Below are positions 60,980 to 64,000 of a stretch of 64,000 nt of DNA, piece by piece (positions within the stretch are counted from its first letter, which is position 1; each line of letters begins with the position of its first letter). The DNA comes from an uncultured Ruegeria sp. (GTDB lineage: Bacteria; Pseudomonadota; Alphaproteobacteria; Rhodobacterales; Rhodobacteraceae): the NCBI RefSeq assembly GCF_947504215.1, contig NZ_CANNGO010000009.1, positions 64,264 through 128,263 on the forward strand, read 5' to 3'. The notes under the pieces were generated by a model. It did not search any database. It worked only from the letters and a program-made list of their open reading frames with translations, and had not been told where the DNA came from. A program made the translations under genes and the position numbers.

Positions 60980-61717
60980 TTAGTTGGATTTGCGTGCAGT
61001 TCTGAATGCCAGCGCCAGGCTCACGATGTAGATGATCGACATGAGTGTGAGCGTCGCCCAAAGATAGATAAGCAATGCAGACAACAAAAGAACGAACCCC
61101 AACATCAAAAATTTGGCATATCCGGGTGAGACCGAGACGTTTTTGAATGAAAATGTTGGAACCCGGCTGATCATCAAATACCCAATCACCAACAGATAGA
61201 TGGTCACGAACAGAGGCGACGCCGAAGGCATGTCCGAGAACAAGAAAGACACATACATCGGCAGCATTGCAAGCAATGCGCCGGCGGGGGAGGGTACGCC
61301 TTCAAAAAAGTTGCTCTCGGTTTCTCCTGCATCCGATTTGCTGGTCACGTTGAAGCGGGCAAGCCGCAAGACGCAGCAAATCGTATAGCCCAGAACTGCA
61401 AGCCAACCCGCGCTAAAGTCCTGTAAGGCCCAGAAATATAGTATTAATCCCGGTGCCACTCCGAAATTGAGGAAGTCAGCCAAGGAATCCAGCTCAGCGC
61501 CAAATGGGCTTTGACAGTTCATCAAACGAGCCAGCCTTCCGTCCAGTCCATCGAGCACCATAGCCAAAAGCACTAACCTGACGGCCGTCTCGAAATCACC
61601 CTGAAACCCAAACCGAATGGCGGTCAACCCAGCGCAGATTGCAGTGATCGTCAGCAGGTTGGGCAGTAGATGAACGACCGGCATATCACGCTTATTATCT
61701 GGCGCAGGGTCTGACAT
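60980..61717 (-). CDS. pssA: CDP-diacylglycerol-serine O-phosphatidyltransferase
   Basis: PNLLT, DGLDGRLAR..GAELDSLAD CDP-alcohol motif. Confidence 0.92.
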   Translation of the reverse strand: MSDPAPDNKRDMPVVHLLPNLLTITAICAGLTAIRFGFQGDFETAVRLVLLAMVLDGLDGRLARLMNCQSPFGAELDSLADFLNFGVAPGLILYFWALQDFSAGWLAVLGYTICCVLRLARFNVTSKSDAGETESNFFEGVPSPAGALLAMLPMYVSFLFSDMPSASPLFVTIYLLVIGYLMISRVPTFSFKNVSVSPGYAKFLMLGFVLLLSALLIYLWATLTLMSIIYIVSLALAFRTARKSN

Positions 61718-61720
61718 CTA

Positions 61721-62413
61721 TCAGTCAGTCCGGGCCATTCGGGCGGGTTCGTTTGAAGCCAGGTCAGCCAGCACAGTTTCGCCTGCGATCATGGTTTGCC
61801 CTAAGCTGACCATGGGATGCACGCCATCTGGCAGGTAGACATCCAATCGGGATCCAAAGCGGATCAACCCGAACCGCTCTCCAGTGGCGATTTTGTCCCC
61901 TTTCGCAACGAAACAAACAATGCGCCGGGCTACGAGACCCGCAATCTGCACCACCGCGATCTGGCGGCCGTCATCCATTTCTATACACAAGCTATTTCGT
62001 TCGTTGTCTGCGCTGGCTTTATCAAGCGACGCGTTGAAGAACTTGCCAGGGCGATACGCGATTTGAGTGATTTCTCCGGCAATCGGAGCGCGGTTCACGT
62101 GGCAGTTGAAAACGCTCATGAACACGCTGATGCGGGTGAGTTCGTCCTCGGGCATTCCAAGCTCTGGTGGCGGCACTGCCTTTTCAATCAGCGATACAAC
62201 ACCGTCTGCGGGGCTAACGATAAGCCCTTCTGGTGTCGGTGTCGCCCGCTTTGGGTCTCGGAAAAAATAGTAACACCAAATCGTTGCTCCGACACCGATC
62301 CACCCCAAAATCGACGAGATCAGAAAGAGCAGGACAGTGACGACGCCAAAGATCGCGACAAACTTGCGCCCTTCAGGGTGCATCGGCTTTAAAAAAGTGT
62401 CACGCATCCTCAT
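61721..62413 (-). CDS. psd: Phosphatidylserine decarboxylase proenzyme
   Basis: [26 protein letters not shown] autocleavage site. Confidence 0.95.
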   Translation of the reverse strand: MRMRDTFLKPMHPEGRKFVAIFGVVTVLLFLISSILGWIGVGATIWCYYFFRDPKRATPTPEGLIVSPADGVVSLIEKAVPPPELGMPEDELTRISVFMSVFNCHVNRAPIAGEITQIAYRPGKFFNASLDKASADNERNSLCIEMDDGRQIAVVQIAGLVARRIVCFVAKGDKIATGERFGLIRFGSRLDVYLPDGVHPMVSLGQTMIAGETVLADLASNEPARMARTD

Positions 62414-62678
62414 TTGTGTCGCCCTTCAATAGTAACTGGACGCTTCCTAACCCGGTTCGGGCTTGGTCTACAACTTGGTATATTCAGCGTGGTGATATTG
62501 TGCCTAAGTAGCAGACTTGTCGTATTGAGATTGCGGTTGTTGAGGAGGTGGTCGCGGACGAGACCACTGTTGGGCACCTGACATGGCGCATTACGAGGGG
62601 TCTTCCCGCGGGTTATTACGGATTCTTAGGGTTTTTCGTGGGATTGGAGGCGCAGAAAGTGGCGTCAGAACAAACGTC

Positions 62679-63623
62679 TCATTCGGTCGATTCTTCGTTA
62701 AGATAAGCGATCAGATTCTCGATATCCTCATCCTTCTTCAGCCCCGGAAACTGCATTTTATTGTCAGGAACTGTTCCCTTGGGGTCGGTCAGGAACCGGG
62801 TCAAGGTTTCAGCGGTCCAAGTGACCCCTGACTCGCGCAGTGCGGATGAGAATTTGAACCCGTCCACCGTTCCAGCTGTCATACCGAGGATTCCATGCAG
62901 CGAGGGGCCAACCCCGTGGCGGCCCTCTTTCAACTGATGGCACGCTCGACATTTGCGAAAAACTTTTTTGCCGGCCGTTGCATCTCCATCAATGGCTGCG
63001 GCGGCGATGGTCGTTGGGGTATCGGCGGCCGCTCCGGCCTTTTTGTCATCCATGGTGAAGATCAACCGCGCGGTGACTGGTACGGTACGGGTGATGCCCG
63101 GCAGATCGGCCAGTTCCATCAGCTTGTCTACACCCGCATTTAGCCCCGCATCTTCGGTGCTCAGGAACACCATGTCATTGGTCGATACCAACACCGAGGT
63201 TTCGGACAATCTGGCAACGAACATTTCGGCGTCGAATTCGACATCCGTGCCAACAAGCGACAGGACGGCTTCGGCATCAACAATTGTCGTTCCACCAACG
63301 GCCAGGTCAGCAACGTCCTGCATGTCAAACTCGGCTGACAAGATCGCGGTCCCGGCTTTGCGGAAGACATACTCGATCATCCTCTCGTTTCGGATGTCGA
63401 TATTGGTTTCCACCGACGACAGGTCAATTTCGATTTCAACCTTGCCGTCCGGGCCGACATGTCCGCTGAGATTGGTAAAGCTGTTCACCTCGCCCACAAC
63501 GTCTTTCTTGATTGAGCCGTATGCCAGGTGCGAGCCCTCGGGATCCAGCGTCCAGCTTGTGGCCAGGGCCGGGCTTGCAACAATTGCCGACGCGATTGTG
63601 ACTGCTTTCATCAGAAGTTTCAT
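62679..63623 (-). CDS. YceI-like domain fused to a C-terminal class I cytochrome c
   Basis: WTLDPEGS..IDLSSVETNIDIRNERM YceI pattern, Ala-rich linker, then GKKVFRKCRACH..NKMQFPG. Confidence 0.82.
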   Translation of the reverse strand: MKLLMKAVTIASAIVASPALATSWTLDPEGSHLAYGSIKKDVVGEVNSFTNLSGHVGPDGKVEIEIDLSSVETNIDIRNERMIEYVFRKAGTAILSAEFDMQDVADLAVGGTTIVDAEAVLSLVGTDVEFDAEMFVARLSETSVLVSTNDMVFLSTEDAGLNAGVDKLMELADLPGITRTVPVTARLIFTMDDKKAGAAADTPTTIAAAAIDGDATAGKKVFRKCRACHQLKEGRHGVGPSLHGILGMTAGTVDGFKFSSALRESGVTWTAETLTRFLTDPKGTVPDNKMQFPGLKKDEDIENLIAYLNEESTE

Positions 63624-63707
63624 TTTGTTCCTCCACGGTATATGTCAGTCCTGACCCCGCGGGCCCGGTCCGTTTAAGGCAAACACACACAGGTCGCGTT
63701 TTATTCG

Positions 63708-64000
63708 ATGAGTGTCGAAATGAGTTCCGAACAAGCCGTACGCGGCGCCGTGCAGACACATTCGAAACGTGTGTGGCGGTTTGCGCTGGCGCTGTCGGGT
63801 GCGCCGGACGTTGCGGATGATCTGGTGCAAGCGACCTGCCTGCGCGCGCTGGAGCGACATCATCAAGTGACGTCGCATGAGCGGTTGGATTCCTGGCTGA
63901 TGACAATTTGCCGTTCGATCTGGCTAAACGAAGTACGATCGCGGTCCGTTCGTCGCGCTCAGGCACTGTCGGTCACGCCCGAGGCGGATTTGGTTGCAAT
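63708..64000 (+). CDS. ECF sigma factor (3' truncated by the window end)
   Basis: Translated by hand: MSVEMSSEQ..VWRFALALSGAPDVADDLVQATCLRALE..LDSWLMTICRSIWLNEVR, a sigma region 2. Not in the ORF track. Confidence 0.85.
   Translation, partial: MSVEMSSEQAVRGAVQTHSKRVWRFALALSGAPDVADDLVQATCLRALERHHQVTSHERLDSWLMTICRSIWLNEVRSRSVRRAQALSVTPEADLVA

Overview
Alphaproteobacterial chromosome segment, Roseobacter group (Ruegeria-like; inferred from gene content and order). All calls come from motif reading and recalled family knowledge; no database search was run. (1) 1-37066: a ~37 kb lanthanide-dependent methylotrophy region. It holds a MoxR/DUF58/VWA/VWA/TPR/BatD chaperone operon, a LuxR regulator-FIST-hybrid kinase system, adhI-fghA-cytochrome c, xoxF-xoxG-xoxJ-rhodanese, two fused SoxYZ-like carriers, a zinc metallohydrolase, an orphan soxYZ pair, an MxaD-like protein and two YVTN propellers. 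It also holds a split PedA1A2BC/Lut-like ABC system whose membrane half is coupled to a kinase-regulator pair, a highly acidic PepSY-like protein, a NitT/TauT ABC transporter and pqqABCDE (pqqA is missing from the ORF track). (2) 37119-39921: a doubly frameshifted ccdA antitoxin relic (not in the ORF track), a MipA/OmpV gene and a membrane-anchored AraC regulator. (3) 40052-51926: pcaQ-pobA-pcaCHG-DUF849-pcaDB, a TRAP transporter, and a LysR-controlled GST/NTF2/tautomerase operon. (4) 52159-57976: adenylate cyclase, autotransporter, IalB and a TIGR03032-like protein. (5) 58050-64000: DEAD-box helicase, psd-pssA-pmtA, a YceI-cytochrome c fusion and a partial ECF sigma factor. No rRNA, tRNA, CRISPR array or transposase was recognised. 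Best leads: the SoxYZ-like carrier relay, the acidic PepSY candidate lanthanide chaperone, the MoxR-VWA module beside an XoxF-only cluster, the transporter-kinase coupling, and two recurring promoter palindromes.
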